Shown here piece by piece: positions 1 through 13,518 of a stretch of DNA of 64,000 bases. Position numbers and translations under genes: made by a program. Every line of letters starts with the position of its first letter. Position 1 is the stretch's first letter. This DNA is from Ptychomitrium polyphyllum. Lineage: Eukaryota. The notes beneath the pieces are model-generated. The model saw only the letters and a program-made list of their open reading frames with translations. It made no database searches and had not been told where the DNA came from. The DNA lies in the NCBI GenBank assembly GCA_973851085.1, contig OZ316776.1:12958001-13022000 (forward strand). Reading direction: 5' to 3'.

Positions 1-307
1 TGGCTCTATTAGCTCTGTGTTTGAGTTTGTAGTCAAGCTGTCATTTTTGTTTCTCAGGGCTTCATTTACCAAAGTGATTGTATATGCTGAGTAATGTCGT
101 GCTTCTCTTTTAAACCAAGACCGAACGTTGAGGTAGCGGGGAGATAACGACGTTAAGTCTCTCCCTGTCAAACGTATATGTATGCTCGTTATCAATAGTA
201 TGCGTGGCCTTGCCAGTAGTACTGCTCGTGTCTCCCTTCTTCAAGACGTGTTCGTGGATCAAAACGTCTTAGATAATGTATAAACTCTCGACATCCTTTG
301 AGCGCAG

Positions 308-3300
308 CTTTGCGACTTTGGACTGGCGAGGCGACTTAGTGACATCGCCAAGAGTTCCGTCCAGGAGGTAGCTCTTGCAACCTATGTGTTTTATTTTGCT
401 GGTCCTTTGCCTTTAATCCTTTAAAGTAACTGTTTGTGCACTTGAATATGATCTCTATTCTGATGATATTGAGGCCTCTCTTGTTCCTGTTGGTACGTCA
501 TAGAGGGTATTGATTAGTCTGATTTTGAGCTCAAACACCTACTAATCATATTCAATTTCTATGTATATAGCCTCACCCTTCTGCAAATTTTATTTGTTGC
601 TACATTATTTTCTTGGAGTGGCTAAGACTGCTTTTCATTGGCAGCTACCACAAGCGAAGCGTGGCACACCATGCTACATGGCCCCTGAGCTTTTTCAAGA
701 AGGTAGTGTACATTCTTTTGGGTCTGATCTGTGGGCACTGGGTTGCGTCATGTACGAATGCTACGCTGGGCGGCCCCCATTTGTCTCTAGCAGCTTCACT
801 CAACTGGTAAACTCTATAATTTCAGATCCCATGCCACCGCTTTGGGGAAAGCCTAGCCATGAATTTGAGGATTTAGTGAGTTGCCTTCTGGTTAAGGATC
901 CTGTGCAGAGGATACAATGGGATGAGCTCAGAAATCATCCATTTTGGAGAACGAAGTGCAAAACACTTTCTTTGCCACCGCAGCCTGCATTTACAAATTT
1001 CTTACAACTTACTCACAGATCTTCATCTCCTGAAGAGAAGCCGCAGTTGACAGGTAGGAATACCCCTGTTGAGAAAAAGGCTCCAGATGGGAAAGGATCT
1101 ACGGCTGATAGGGCTACTCTGCGGGAGAAAAGCCAGAGTCAAGCCAAGAAACTGGAAAGCAAACAAGATAGCAAAGGAGCTACTCCAGAGAATAAGAATC
1201 CTTGTCAAAGAGAGAATGGAAGGAAGGTTTTCAAAGGGCTACATGATAATGCACAACCAAAGGAGTCAGACCCAAAACCCAACGGAGGGGTAACTGCAGT
1301 GAACCTACTGAGATTATCCAAGATAGTGAAAACCAATCTGCTTAAGGAGACTGAGAATGATACGTATCGGCAGAAGTTTAATGCGAATGGGACTTCTGAT
1401 GATACTGATATTACTTTGGAGAATCATGACCTGGAACTCAACTTTGGCGAAGGAGCTGAAAGTGATACCACGGAAGAGGAGGATGACTCTGGTAGCAATG
1501 GCGCTAGTCCAACTACTTCAGCAGAGGAGAAAGACCTTCACAAGGTCTCTACTAAACCCGCTCACACACCAGCTGCGAAAGGAGAAAGCAGAGAATTAAA
1601 TACTGGAACGGAGGAGCCATTGCCAGTTACTCCTCAATCTCAAGTCAACGGTAGGTCTGAGGATCATCTTATTACCCAGGCTGAAATTGAAGGAAAGCAG
1701 TTGGATGCAATGCGACATGTTGCAGCAACGCCACCGGGGGTGGGAATCCCAAGAAAATGCTCGCAGCGTGGTCTAACTGGTATCGAGGAGCCAAAGAAGG
1801 AGCCTGTCGTTTCTCTCCCAAATTCTTCCAGACCTTCAGTAGCACTTTCACAATCGCTTTGGCACCCATCAGACCTTTCTGTGAGGCCAATCATGTTGAA
1901 CCGGCGAATAGAGAAGGTAATGTTTATTGACGTTTCAACGTTGTCCATTGTTGATTTAGAAAAGACCTACTTTTTTTCTTAATATCAAATGTTTCTGCTC
2001 ATTAGACCATGTCTTCAGAGACTGAAATGCTTGCACTTATCGTAGTTAGCTTTTGGAGTTCCGAAACTTTTTCTCATAAAGAAATTCATGCAACAGGTTC
2101 CAGAATCGAACTTTGACGCACGAATCCTTCCTGCTGAGCGTTTGACTTCGTCTGAGTTTGTGAAACTGGAAGCGGAGCAGCGCGAAACTTTCTTGAATAA
2201 GATTATGGGAAACGTTCATGGAAGCACCGTTTCACTGAATGAGAAAATTAATACGTTAAAGTATTTGGAGACACTATGCACCAACATTGATGCAGCTAAC
2301 ATATTAATCAATGGGCCATTAATGCTCTTACTGGTGAAATTGTTGCGCACTATGAAAATTCCAGCACTGCGTGTACAATTGACATCTGTAATGGGACTGC
2401 TTATCCGGCATGCTACACTTATTGAGGAAGAGCTTGCAGGTTCAGGGATTGTAGCAGTTCTAACAGAGACTTTACGTGATAAGCAGGATAAGGTGCTCAG
2501 ATCTATGACTACCATCTGGATTCATCACAGTTGTTTAGCCTTTTGACGGGGGGCATGTAGATCGAGTTGAATTTTTTTGCGCTCATAGAATATTGCATAT
2601 TATGGTTTAAAGTTGGTCCATCTTTCTATCTTTGGTCATTTTGCATATTGATAAGTATATATTGTCAGCAGGTCAGGCGCTGCGCAATGGCAACACTCGG
2701 GGAGCTTCTGTTTTACATTGCAACACAGAATGAGGGATCTCCAAGAGCAGGTGGTGGCCATGATAACTCCGGCAAGGATGCCAAGTCTTCAGTATGGCAG
2801 GTAAATTACGATTCTTATGCCAATTTCTCACCAGTACACTGCGGCTAAGTGCACGTCAGCCCTTCAAGGTAATGTTTCTACAGTTGCACTTTTTGCACCC
2901 ATCTAGAAGAACACTTGGTGTTTAAGATTGTCAACGAGTTCCTCTTGACATTTATGAAATCATATGCAGATTCCAGGTACGACGATAGCACTGGTGGCTT
3001 CCATACTTCGAAAGGGTGAGGATGACGTAACACAGCATTATGCACTGAAGACCATCGAAAATATTGCAAGTCAAGGTGGAGAGTGGGCTCAACGCTTCAC
3101 AAATAATGAAGTTATTGATAATCTCTGTTATACGTTTCGAGCATCAGCTAAACCAGAAAATCTAAGGGCAACATCAGGCTCTTGTCTGGTTCGATTGGTG
3201 CGTTTTCAGCCAACCACAATCCCTCTTGTCCTTGAAAAGCTCACTTTCAAGGAGCTTGTGGGAGGTCTTGCCAGAGGGAGTGCACGGGAGCAGCAAGTGA

Positions 3301-6015
3301 ACATCAACCTTCTCAATATGGCTCTTGCGGGCAGTAGTGTCATCACTAATATGAGCAGATACCTCCTTGCGCTTTTGGAGGAGAAGAGCTTGGTGCCCAG
3401 TGTTGTTGCGATGCTGGAGCAGGTATGTTCAATATGGGTTTAAGCCCATAATCTTAGTTGTAATGCCTCAATACAGAGTCGGATCTTAGGATTTGTTGCC
3501 ACCTACAATTGGGCTTTTGAACAGAGGAGGCTCCTTTGTCTTTCCCTAGTCTTTACATTTATTTAGTTCTTTCTTTATCTCGTTGCAGCCTATTGTTGGA
3601 ATTTCCCAACTAGTGTGATGGTACTAACCTCTTTGATTTGCGCTTGATTCACTTTCTCTGGAATAGTGATAGAAGATCTTTAATATCCCTATGCCATAAT
3701 TGCTTTAATTGCTTAGACAGGACACTGGAATTATAAGTATACTGTCAGCTTCTTTACGGAAGGTACAAATGTTTTGAACTAAGACAGCATGTGTTTACTG
3801 ATGTGCCCTTCTCTGGTGCTTGTGGAATCTCAGGGTCCAGAAATATTGCGCGGTAAGGCCTTCGTGTGTGCTTCACTCCTGTGTAAAATTAATCGTCGAT
3901 GGCTCCCATCACTCTGCAATGCCAAGCTGCTGCCTGCTGTGGATAGGCTAGCAAAGGAAAAGGATCCGTATGTGCAGCAATGCTTGGAGGCGTTAGTACA
4001 AACTGTTGTCAGTGTTGTCCCTGCGATATTGGAGAGTATAAGCACAGATATTGGCCAGTTAGCCAGTGGAAGACGTACCCCAGGACCTGGCTCTTCACCG
4101 GCTCGTGGCACACTAAGAAGTTCCCTTCCATTATTCCCGGTGGTATTGAACTTAATTAATAGTCCCACTTTCAGAGGTCGTATGATAGACGAGCCTTTAT
4201 TGGAAAGGCTCACATCCTTTCTCAAGCGGCTACAGACCTCATCTTTCCAGGTCAGTATCTGCAATAAGAAATGCAAAGATGTTTCTTTTGTTTACTTGAT
4301 GGAACAGTTTCATGATCGTAGATTTTTCTCTAATCACGATGGCAATCTAGTTCTTGTGAATCCTCTAATAGTTTAAGGAACGGTATTAAATTTAAGAAAC
4401 TGCCATTTTTCTTGACTTTTCTAGCTAATCATATATTGTGGATTGATTTTGCTGCTGAGTACTGCAGGGACAAGATGAGTTCCAGTCTACGCTTTTGCAA
4501 ATAGTGGAAGTCATGTCTCAGCAATCAGCCACATTGTTGGCTTACCCTGATAGTTTCATATCTAAAGTGTTACCTAGTCTTGCTGTCTTATATGAAAAGA
4601 ATACCGACGGAGACATGCGGTTCCTGTGTCTCAAAGTTTTCTTTGATATCTTGGTTGTATTTCTTGATGATATTTCATCTGTTAACAATCTAGAGGACGA
4701 TCAGCCTTCAACAACCGTATTGAATGCGCCCAGAAGGTACATGAGACCCTTCCGTCCTTGCCTTGGCATCTTTTGGTATTGATATGGCGTTAGGAAAGCG
4801 TGTAATAATTGCTGTAGTCACTCTAAATATTATCACATTTGCCTTTGTTTTATCACTTACAACAACCTGCTGAATTATTGTCTATTTCTTTGCTGCAGAG
4901 AGAAACTTGAAGCAATTGTCAAGCAGCACTTTCTTCCCATGTACCCTATCCTTGTGGAGGACGAAGATCCTATACCCATGTATGCTCAAAAGCTTCTGGT
5001 TATGCTCCTCGATCTCACATTCATTCAGATCGAAGACATCCTACAGCTCAAGCTAATTTCTCAGTTCTTTGAGTTCTTGCAAGGTGACTTGGCTGGCATC
5101 AATCTCCACAACGTGCGATTATGTCTATACTTGGTATCTTCACCAAAAGTTGATTCCAAGGTTCTATCAGAGCTTCGCATTGTGAGGTCTGTTGGAGCTC
5201 TATTGGATTTTGTACACGTTAAAGGGATGCAAGATTTCCTCGACCCGGTCCTGTCAGTTTGTCGATACCTTCTCTTTCGTAATGTTGGAGACGGCTTGAA
5301 AATTTATAACGTTAACGTAGCATCAACTACTGCTGCCAATGGAAGGGAGCTCACTCGACCAGGTACTCCGAAATCATGACGCGCTTCCTGGAGACTGTAT
5401 TTTGGATACTGAATTTTTGTAATTGCTAAGACGATGCTTAATGACTAAACTGGAAGATGTCATTATTGTAATAAGCATAAAGCAGAAATGCACTGTTATT
5501 GTTGAGTTTCTCTGCATAAATGAGGTTCCGATGTGTTTTCTTTTCTCCCTCATTCTTCGATTGCTATTGAAACAGTTATACAGGATATTGGAGACATGGG
5601 ACAGCATGCGGCCATTTTCTTGGAGCTTTGTGGAAGCCGAGAACCCCAGGATGCAGAGACAGCAGCTGAGTGTCTAGTTTTGATACTCAAGGCTGCTCCC
5701 CAATCATCGGCCGGGTCCATATTTTCTAGCGTGGGTCGCTTTGTGAACTTGCTGGAGGCCTGTGAGCAGTCTCACACTCCGTCCTCATCTGCAAAACTTC
5801 GGAGCCAGCTTCTTTTTGCAATCTCAGCCTCTTGCAAAGAAGTTCGTGACGCTCAAGCGAATAAACAGCCCCTTCGAATCTCCTCACCCTCAAGTTCCGA
5901 CATAGTATCGCTTGAGAACATCATTGTGCATTTACAGAAATCTAGCTCGCCTCAAGTAGCTGAAGCTGCTGTTAGTGCTGCCTTTGAGTTACAGCGCGTG
6001 CCTCATAGTTCATAG
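308..6015 (+). CDS. RUK: RUNKEL/ULK4-family Ser/Thr (pseudo)kinase with C-terminal ARM/HEAT region; 5'-partial, spliced
   Basis: GT-AG exons join in frame: 308-367 (LCDFGLARRLSDI), 645-1916 (KRGTPCYMAPELF..GSDLWALGCVMYEC), 2097-2492, 2672-2800 (VRRCAMATLGELLFYIATQ), 2970-3422 (KGEDDVTQHYALKTIENI), 3834-4250, 4468-4736, 4899-5362 (EDEDPIPMYAQKLL), 5576-6015 (TAG). These motifs match plant RUNKEL as I recall it. Kinase subdomains before DFG lie upstream of the window. Confidence 0.93.
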
Positions 6016-7364
6016 TCTCGATTGACAGCATTGTTTGCGGGTCAAATACACAGGAGCATTGGTTCATGATCTGAAGAGTGGCTTTCAACACAATGCAGGG
6101 TTCACTACTCTAGGCAGCCTGGTGAATGGCGTTTACTAGGAGTCTTTACGTGAGGTTGTACAATAAGTAGAAGAGTTGATAAGATTAGGCCACACATCTT
6201 ACTCTCTCGGGTATGAAATACAATCCAAGTTTGTGTTCGACCAACTGGGAACTGTTTAATGTGGGGCACTGAACTTGCTGGTGATATATAGTTATGTACT
6301 GAGTCAATGGGCTTGCTTTGGGAAATGGAGTGGATGCGTAATACAGGAAATTGCTGTCCCGTTTACATTGTGCGAGTTTGATGTTAAACTTGTATGGAGT
6401 CTCTCCTTGAAGAAGAGGAGGTTATATTCTAGATAGTGATCATGAAAGGTGGACAGGAAGTTGCATTAAAATGGTCAAATCGTAAGAGGCAGACTATGCG
6501 AAAACAGGGAATACTTTGAAATACAAGTAGAGTTGAATGGTTGGTGATTACAGTTGGACTTGTGAAGCTTGAAATTTAAATATTGAGTGGCTTGTAGTAC
6601 TCCAAAGCTGACTATTTGTTTTGTAACTGCTCTTGCTGCTGGAGTACAGAATATTACTTCTCGTAAAGCCCCAGGCTCATACCACGGAGAGGTGACTATG
6701 AAAATTGAAACTATACTTGGAACCACGATACACATTTCTTTCGTAGATATATGTACCCTTACACTTGCAAGTTGCAAATATATCAGCACAAGGTACTGTA
6801 TACAAAATCATTTAAAAAATTTATTTTGAATTTATTTAGTACCCTTAACGGGTTTTTGTACTAATTGAAAAGTGACGCAAGAAAAGGAGTGTCGAAAAAT
6901 AGAGAAAATTTTAGTGTAGAATTGGCATTAAAATATTACAAACAAAAGATATGCTAAGGTTAATGTCACATGATACTCAGGATTTTCAAGAGATTTCAAA
7001 AGGAAGTCACCCCATTTACTGAGAAGTGAGATTCTGCCAAAATACATCCCTCAATGCTGGTAACAATAGGTAACTCAAAGTTAGTGATGACTAACATAAC
7101 GAGTATAAAAGTAAAGTCACTACAGTTTCTAGCTCTACCCTTAACCAAGAAATAAATATCTACAGATTCTGTAACCGTACTGGAGTGCCGAACACGAGAT
7201 ACTACTGCAGTTCTGAGTTAACGTGCATACCACAAACCAACTTGAATTCCATACTTTGCAATCGCTGACTAAAATGCGCGACGCAATCATAGTATGTGCT
7301 CGAACCTGAACTCGCTTTGGAGCTTTTCTACTACTCAAATGAAATTGAGGTAGCCTAATCAAGC

Positions 7365-7482
7365 TTGCAGTTCATTATACACTCTTTCCGATTTCCTTCA
7401 GACAGTCAGCCTGCAGGATGATACTCGATCCTCCAGAAAGTCTATTAGAAGTGAAACGGAGAGAGTGGACGATGAACTGCAA
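7365..7482 (-). ncRNA. MIR1023: miRNA precursor hairpin A, miR1023-like
   Basis: Minus-strand arms TTGCAGTTCATCGTCCACTCTCTCCGTTTCACTTC and GAAGGAAATCGGAAAGAGTGTATAATGAACTGCAA pair at 29 of 35 positions, including one G:U. The family name and strand come from remembered moss miR1023 sequences; wobble pairs alone do not fix the strand. Confidence 0.75.
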
Positions 7483-7592
7483 ACTGTAAATGCTGACTAC
7501 TGCATTACTTTGTTTCAGCAAACTAATGCCGAAACAAATCTAACAAAAAGCTGGAAACCAACATCAGGGCACTAGTGTTCTAACCCAATAAG

Positions 7593-7709
7593 CTTGCAGT
7601 TCATAATGCACTCTTCCCTATTCCCCTCCAACAAAAAATCTCCGAAGGCCTACGAAAAGGAGTTGATCACGGGAAGGGAAACGGAGAGAGTGGACAATGA
7701 AACTGCAAG
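7593..7709 (-). ncRNA. MIR1023: miRNA precursor hairpin B, miR1023-like (tandem with A)
   Basis: The 5' arm CCACTCTCTCCGTTTCCCTTCC (reverse complement of 7672-7693) pairs with the 3' arm GGAGGGGAATAGGGAAGAGTGCAT, closed by CTTGCAG/CTGCAAG. It lies about 110 nt from hairpin A. Confidence 0.8.
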
Positions 7710-10700
7710 TTGCACCTCAACAACTCAGAAGGAGGAACATGAAACTGAAAGGAAACCAGATGGCAATGAAGAGAGCAAAGCTAGGTGATCTTATACTGCG
7801 CTGTTGAGCATGGTATCATAGATTTTCCCTCTAATGTGGATCGCTGCACGTGAAGTGAGGTGCAAAAGCGCCACTGACGGTGACTGCAATTCATTTCTGA
7901 CCGCAACATCTGTATGGACTAAAAACTTTCACATTGCTCTGCCTGATTGTTCTCTCAGGTTTAGAGGCCCTAGTCTCTTCTAGTGTCCACCTACTCCTTG
8001 CCGCAACTACTCCGGCTGAAAACAAGTGACCACCTCCGAGTCAGGCAGACGGAAAAGCCGACAGACTCTCTGCCAACCCCCTTTTCGAAGAAATTGTCCC
8101 CCCTCTCTTGTCAACATGTTCACCTTCTGACCTCCTTTTTGCGTGCTAAAGAAGGATATTAACGGCGACTGTACCAAAGATTGACATGCTGGCTGAATAA
8201 TATGTGGTTCTGGCGCTACGAAACGCACTTTTAGGAACTGGGGGCAATTGGAGAGATTGTGCCGAGAAGTTCTCTTCGGCTAAAATGGGCACGGGACATA
8301 CAGAACCTAACTAAGTTAGTATGTGTGCCTTCTGGTACGGACCGTACGGTGTATTAGTACGGGTTGGTACGAATATGAGTGCAGAAATATCGGGTTCGAA
8401 TCTTGTTTGCGTGTCACGAGTCTGGAATCCGGATTTGCATTGATTTATTTTCTCAGGCTGATTTTTAGGCATCCGGCGCCGGTTTTGCCAGCCTTGATGG
8501 ATAGTGAGTGCAGGGTGGACTCTGGCGCATGTGCTACATAGAGCATGGTTATTTGTCGACTCGGTTGAGGTGTAGTGTGTGTTGAAGTACTTAGTCGATG
8601 CCCATGTGGAGCAGTAATTTTATTTGTCATATTTTGTTATATTTTGTTATATTTAGATTTAGATTTAGATTTTTTGGAACAAGCAACTAAATTCATTGCT
8701 TGAAAAAGTGCAATTCAACACTTCAAAGTTTAGTGAGGGATGTACGTTGTTCAAGGCTAAGAAATAAATGGGGCCGGTTGTAGGGCCTTCACTTAATCTC
8801 TTAGCCTTCTATTTTGCCTAAGATGCTTGTACGCATTCAAAATCTATCAAACGCACTTTATGGTTTAATACCTATAATAGATAATGTATTGAACTTTTCA
8901 TTCTTTATCTTATATTGTACACCTTTAATTGGTATGTTAGACAATTTAAGAAGAATCTAGTTGAAAGTTCCTTACATTTGCTTGCTTTTGTAGAATTGAA
9001 CAACATATTTGGTAGATGTGATTTTACAACAACATTCACTCATTGTTTTGTCTTTTTTAACTAAGATAAATTATATAAGTAAGTGGCTTTTTCAACTTTG
9101 ATGATGGTTAATCTACAATATTTTTGTACATATGAATCATGCTTTGCCCTTCCAAATTCTAAACCTTTGGTTTCTTTTTCTCTTCACAATGATATGAATC
9201 TACTCAATAACAATACAAAATCTTGCGTGTATTACTTTTGAAGCTGCTAAATGCTTATTTTGCAATTTATAAAGTTCTATTGCAATCTTTCCAAATTTCC
9301 TAAATATAAGCATGGATCAATATTATCAACAAAAAGAATACTGATATTAATTCTAGAATTCTGTATTTGTTTCTTAACCATTGAATATTGATGCAAATTA
9401 TCTAAATAGATAAAAAAAAAAAACCATGTAATTTTAGACTTCCATGTAAAATACTTCCAACAAGGAACATCTTTTAGATTTTTTTTAATAAAAATCTATA
9501 AAAGGGCCAATTTTTGTATTGATATTGCACAAAACAATTTTCTTTGTCAATGCCTTTGTTATTCATGAAACTATTTTATTCTTCTTCACGAAATTTGAAT
9601 CAAGAAAATTTCACTTTCTTTAGTTTAGATATTAGAAAATTTGATATATTAGTCTTTATTGTTATACTATCAATTTCAAAATTAAAAAATCACTTGTGTT
9701 CATGAATATATATCTATACTAATTGTGGTGGTTGTAAGCGTGTAATTTGCTATTTCAATTAAAAATGTGAGCCACTTCAATTTTCCAAACAAAGATAAAA
9801 TACCAAACTTTGATTAAATAAAAAATATTTGCTTAAAATTCATAGCAAATATTAAAAATTGAGAAGAGATGACAAAATCATATTTGAATAAATCTTTGTT
9901 CAGAATAATATTATTTTAGAATTGTTCTATGCATATTGTAATTTATAAAATGGTTGACAAAATAATAATGAACAATATTTTATGTGTGTATGTAATTGTA
10001 AAATTCCATATTTAAGACTTTCTTTAATATTGGAAAACATCCTCATTTTACAAAGTATAGTGGTTATGCTTTAAAGAAAAGAATTTATTTGTTTAAATAT
10101 TCAATAGACCAAACTAAAAAAAATAGTATATGCTTGTTGTAACTTGACAAAATAGGCAACAATTTTTTGAATTAGAATCTTGAATTCTTTGTCTTTATAT
10201 GCTTCAAAAGTAAAAAAATAATGATGACAAGAATTCAATGTTTAAAATCAAATGTATTATTATATTTTTTTTGTAGTAGTCAGATTACATTGTATAGTAT
10301 TACCCTTATAAAATTGAGGTTCTTTTTTATAAAAAGCCCAAATATATATGATTTGAAAGTTTCAGTCTGAATCTCAAGTATCTTATATACAAGAATTATT
10401 TATAAACTCATTCTAATATTCTTTTAAAATCTCTTCTATGATATCATTTCAATTTTTATTGGTAATTAAATATGAAAGTACATATTTTAATGATAAGGTG
10501 TTATTAAATTAGTGTTTGGTAATGAATTTTGAATTTTTAAAATTACTGGCAAACATATACAATCGAATGGAGTTATGTTTTTAAATTTTGAGCATCATTA
10601 TTAGCTAAAGTTTAAAGTCATAACTTCATTGAAATGTAAGCATCTTTTAATAAACTTTGACAATCTAAAATTCTAAAAAAATTCTGGATTTAGTGAAAAT

Positions 10701-13397
10701 ACATATTATTTCATCTATTTCATCAACATACATGTTTCAAAGCATACATCTTAAGTTATTCATTAATTTTTTTAATTAAGATAAATTTTTTATAAAATAG
10801 TCTCAATTATTAGTGGATTTTACACCACAACATCAATGTAAATTTTCTTGAGAGAAAGATGGCCTTTTTTCTTTAATTTTAAACAATGCATATCATTTGT
10901 CAATGAGTTATAAATTTTTTTGATTACATATATAAGGTCTTTCACACTATTTCTTATTTCTTCCATTCTTTTTTGTTATTATAGTAGCTTTTAGGTACTA
11001 AATAGAAAAGAAAAAGTGTTGTCTATAAAAGTTTAAAATATTTAGACATTAAAAAAAGATTAAATACATTTACTAAAAACTTTCTAAAGTTGATTATTTT
11101 TCTACCAAGGATACACATAAGTGCCTTATGATTTTTACTATGCCTTTTAATACAGTAAAATTTGTATAATCAAAAAACCTCAGCAAATTTTGAGTTGCCA
11201 AATTTTAAATAGAATCATGATACTATTAAGCAAGATTATGCAATTGGTTAAAAATTTGAGTGGAACCTTATTGAAATTACTATTCGAAAGGAGTAGCAAG
11301 AACAACAGTTAGAGTCCTGGTTATGATTATCCTTATCAAAGGGATTGCTAAACATTGTTGTGACCTGGCAAGCGGACTGGGTTGTGCTTCGATTTATATT
11401 ACTTAGCTTCAAAGATTGGTATGGCGTCCAGCATGCATGCTTTGGCAGGACACCGTGCAGGCTTGTGATGTTGCTAGGCCAGCTTTGGATGTGGAAATGT
11501 ATGCATGTCATCTGTTGCATCAAGATCCTTTCTCGCTCTCCACGAAAACCTCACCAACCTGCTTACCATTTTTGGAGTTTGATGCTTGTTGCCACTTACA
11601 ATCTAGTCAGGGCCTCCTTCCATCACTCACAAACCAGCCTATCCTCCCTCTTCTCGGCTGCCTCTCCATTTCTTCTCTCCTAGGCTTCACCTTACTTGTG
11701 CTCCTTGACTCTGCTGTTTTGTAGCCACTGCCAACTTCAGTTTGAATGATCCTCACTCGGATCATTTACATTTGAATATAGCGTCAGTTCAGCACTTGTT
11801 CATTTGAATGTTCAACAGAACCAGAGCACTCTTCAAAATATTTCGCGTAATGCTTCAGGAATCAATGGCAACTGCATGACAACTAAAGCCAGCTGAATCC
11901 CAAACTTGAAAGGATCTGAATCAAGACGTTCTGGTTCAAATTACTGGAGAACTTATGTTTTATCAGTTTGAAACTATCATGGCCTAATATGATTGACAAT
12001 TGTGAAATTTATTACCATGATAAATTACCTTTTAAGTGACCCTTTTCATGAACTGTTTCAGTTACAAGCTTACTGGCATTATGTTGGTGACACTGGTTTG
12101 ACAGTTTGCATTTAGTATCATAATAAGACATTATGACATTGATGATGCTAAATACCATTCTCGTATACTCAAGTTCCACCTCTGAGAAGAAAGACTTGTT
12201 CCTAGCTTACGCTCATCAGAAGTAAGTCTTGGCTTCGTTTTTACAAATGCAGTACCAAAGAGATACATATTTACACAATTTCTTGCCAATTTAGAGTGTA
12301 ATTGAACCAATTCATAATGGTAAGCTCAGTGTGTGCACATTGATCAAACTCCAAGCTTGACCAAAAATTCTGCAAGATTAAAATTCCTTAATTCAAAGAT
12401 GATAAAGCACCTGACTGTTTTCATTTTATTTCACTTTATGTCAACTTGTCAAGCAAGAAGAGAAATAGTGAATCCTAAAACAATTAAACAACACTAAAAA
12501 AACAGCGCCCATGACAAAATGCATTAGTGAAGAGAAAGGGTGGGTTGATCAAAGGATGGGACAAACGAGGTTCTATACAGACGAATAAACGAAGCTTTCT
12601 ATCCAAGGGCAGGACAACAAAGGAATTGGGCAAGCGTCAAATTTCGTGCGTCAGGTACTGCAAGTGATCGACCACACCATCGAGGCTTCATTATGTGGAC
12701 CTCGCCTCGACTACATCCACTGAGGCCTCATCCAAGGTAAGTACAAGCGTGGGGTATCCTGCCGTCGCCTATCATGCATGTCTCTAGAAGCAGTGCTTTC
12801 TAGTTGGAAGTACTAATATTCCAAGACAAAGGGCACTGAATTCCCAGTCGATCTCTTGTCAACAACTAATATAATACAAGTTCTAAACATTATATCAATT
12901 GAATGCCATTGCAGATTGACTCAGTATGTCACGAACACGTCCAAAAGATTCATCTATTCAATTAGGATTACAGGCGATTATCACCAGCAAGTAGTACTGA
13001 TTTTCCCAAACTGATTCGGCTTTAAAACTTCCTCATCTATGCAACAGTTCTAACATCTTGGCAAGTGGGACAGATCATAAACAGACGACGAAACGAAAGG
13101 AATAAGGGCCTCGACCAATGCACAATGAATTGAATGTACGTACAAGTTTTATTGCACACATCCAAATATTAGGCAGTAGAGGAATCAAGATGGACTCGTA
13201 AGAATATGCTGTTGCTCGCTAAAATCAAAGCAATAAGGTTGAATAAGCTGCTAATTCACTCAACTTGCACATTATAGAGAAAATAATACAGAAACTGGCC
13301 GGGCATTAAAGCTGGATTCGTACACCATAATTAGGCCATGATAGAAACATTTGTTCTTTGCACAGTACCATTGAGGATGTCGTTGAAGGAAATAGCT

Positions 13398-13518
13398 TTC
13401 AGTTCACGATGCACTTGTACTGATTCCCTTCTGGTGTGTAACACCTTCCATGTGCAATCGTGCACAGAGGATCACCTCAAACGGAAGGGAAACGGAGAGA
13501 GTGTATGGTGAACCTGAA
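13398..13518 (-). ncRNA. MIR1023: miRNA precursor hairpin C, miR1023-like
   Basis: The 5' arm TTCACCATACACTCTCTCCGTTTCCCTTC pairs with a more diverged 3' arm GAAGGGAATCAGTACAAGTGCATCGTGAA. A consensus minus-strand donor AAG|GTAAGC lies at about 13589, just upstream. Confidence 0.65.

Noticed and set aside
7594..7788. 64-aa ORF, and the similar ORF at 15984-16178
   Set aside because: Both overlap the miRNA-type hairpins, and conservation is limited to the pairing arms rather than to a reading frame.
8700..11240. Long very AT-rich tract (also about 17.9-19.6 kb and 34.3-35.6 kb)
   Set aside because: No structure or frame I can support; probably heavily decayed repeats.
11250..11950. Possible decayed minus-strand gene with an IQ-like stretch (IKLQKW*AGW*GF)
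   Set aside because: Stop density is no lower than random expectation and I recognise no domain with confidence.
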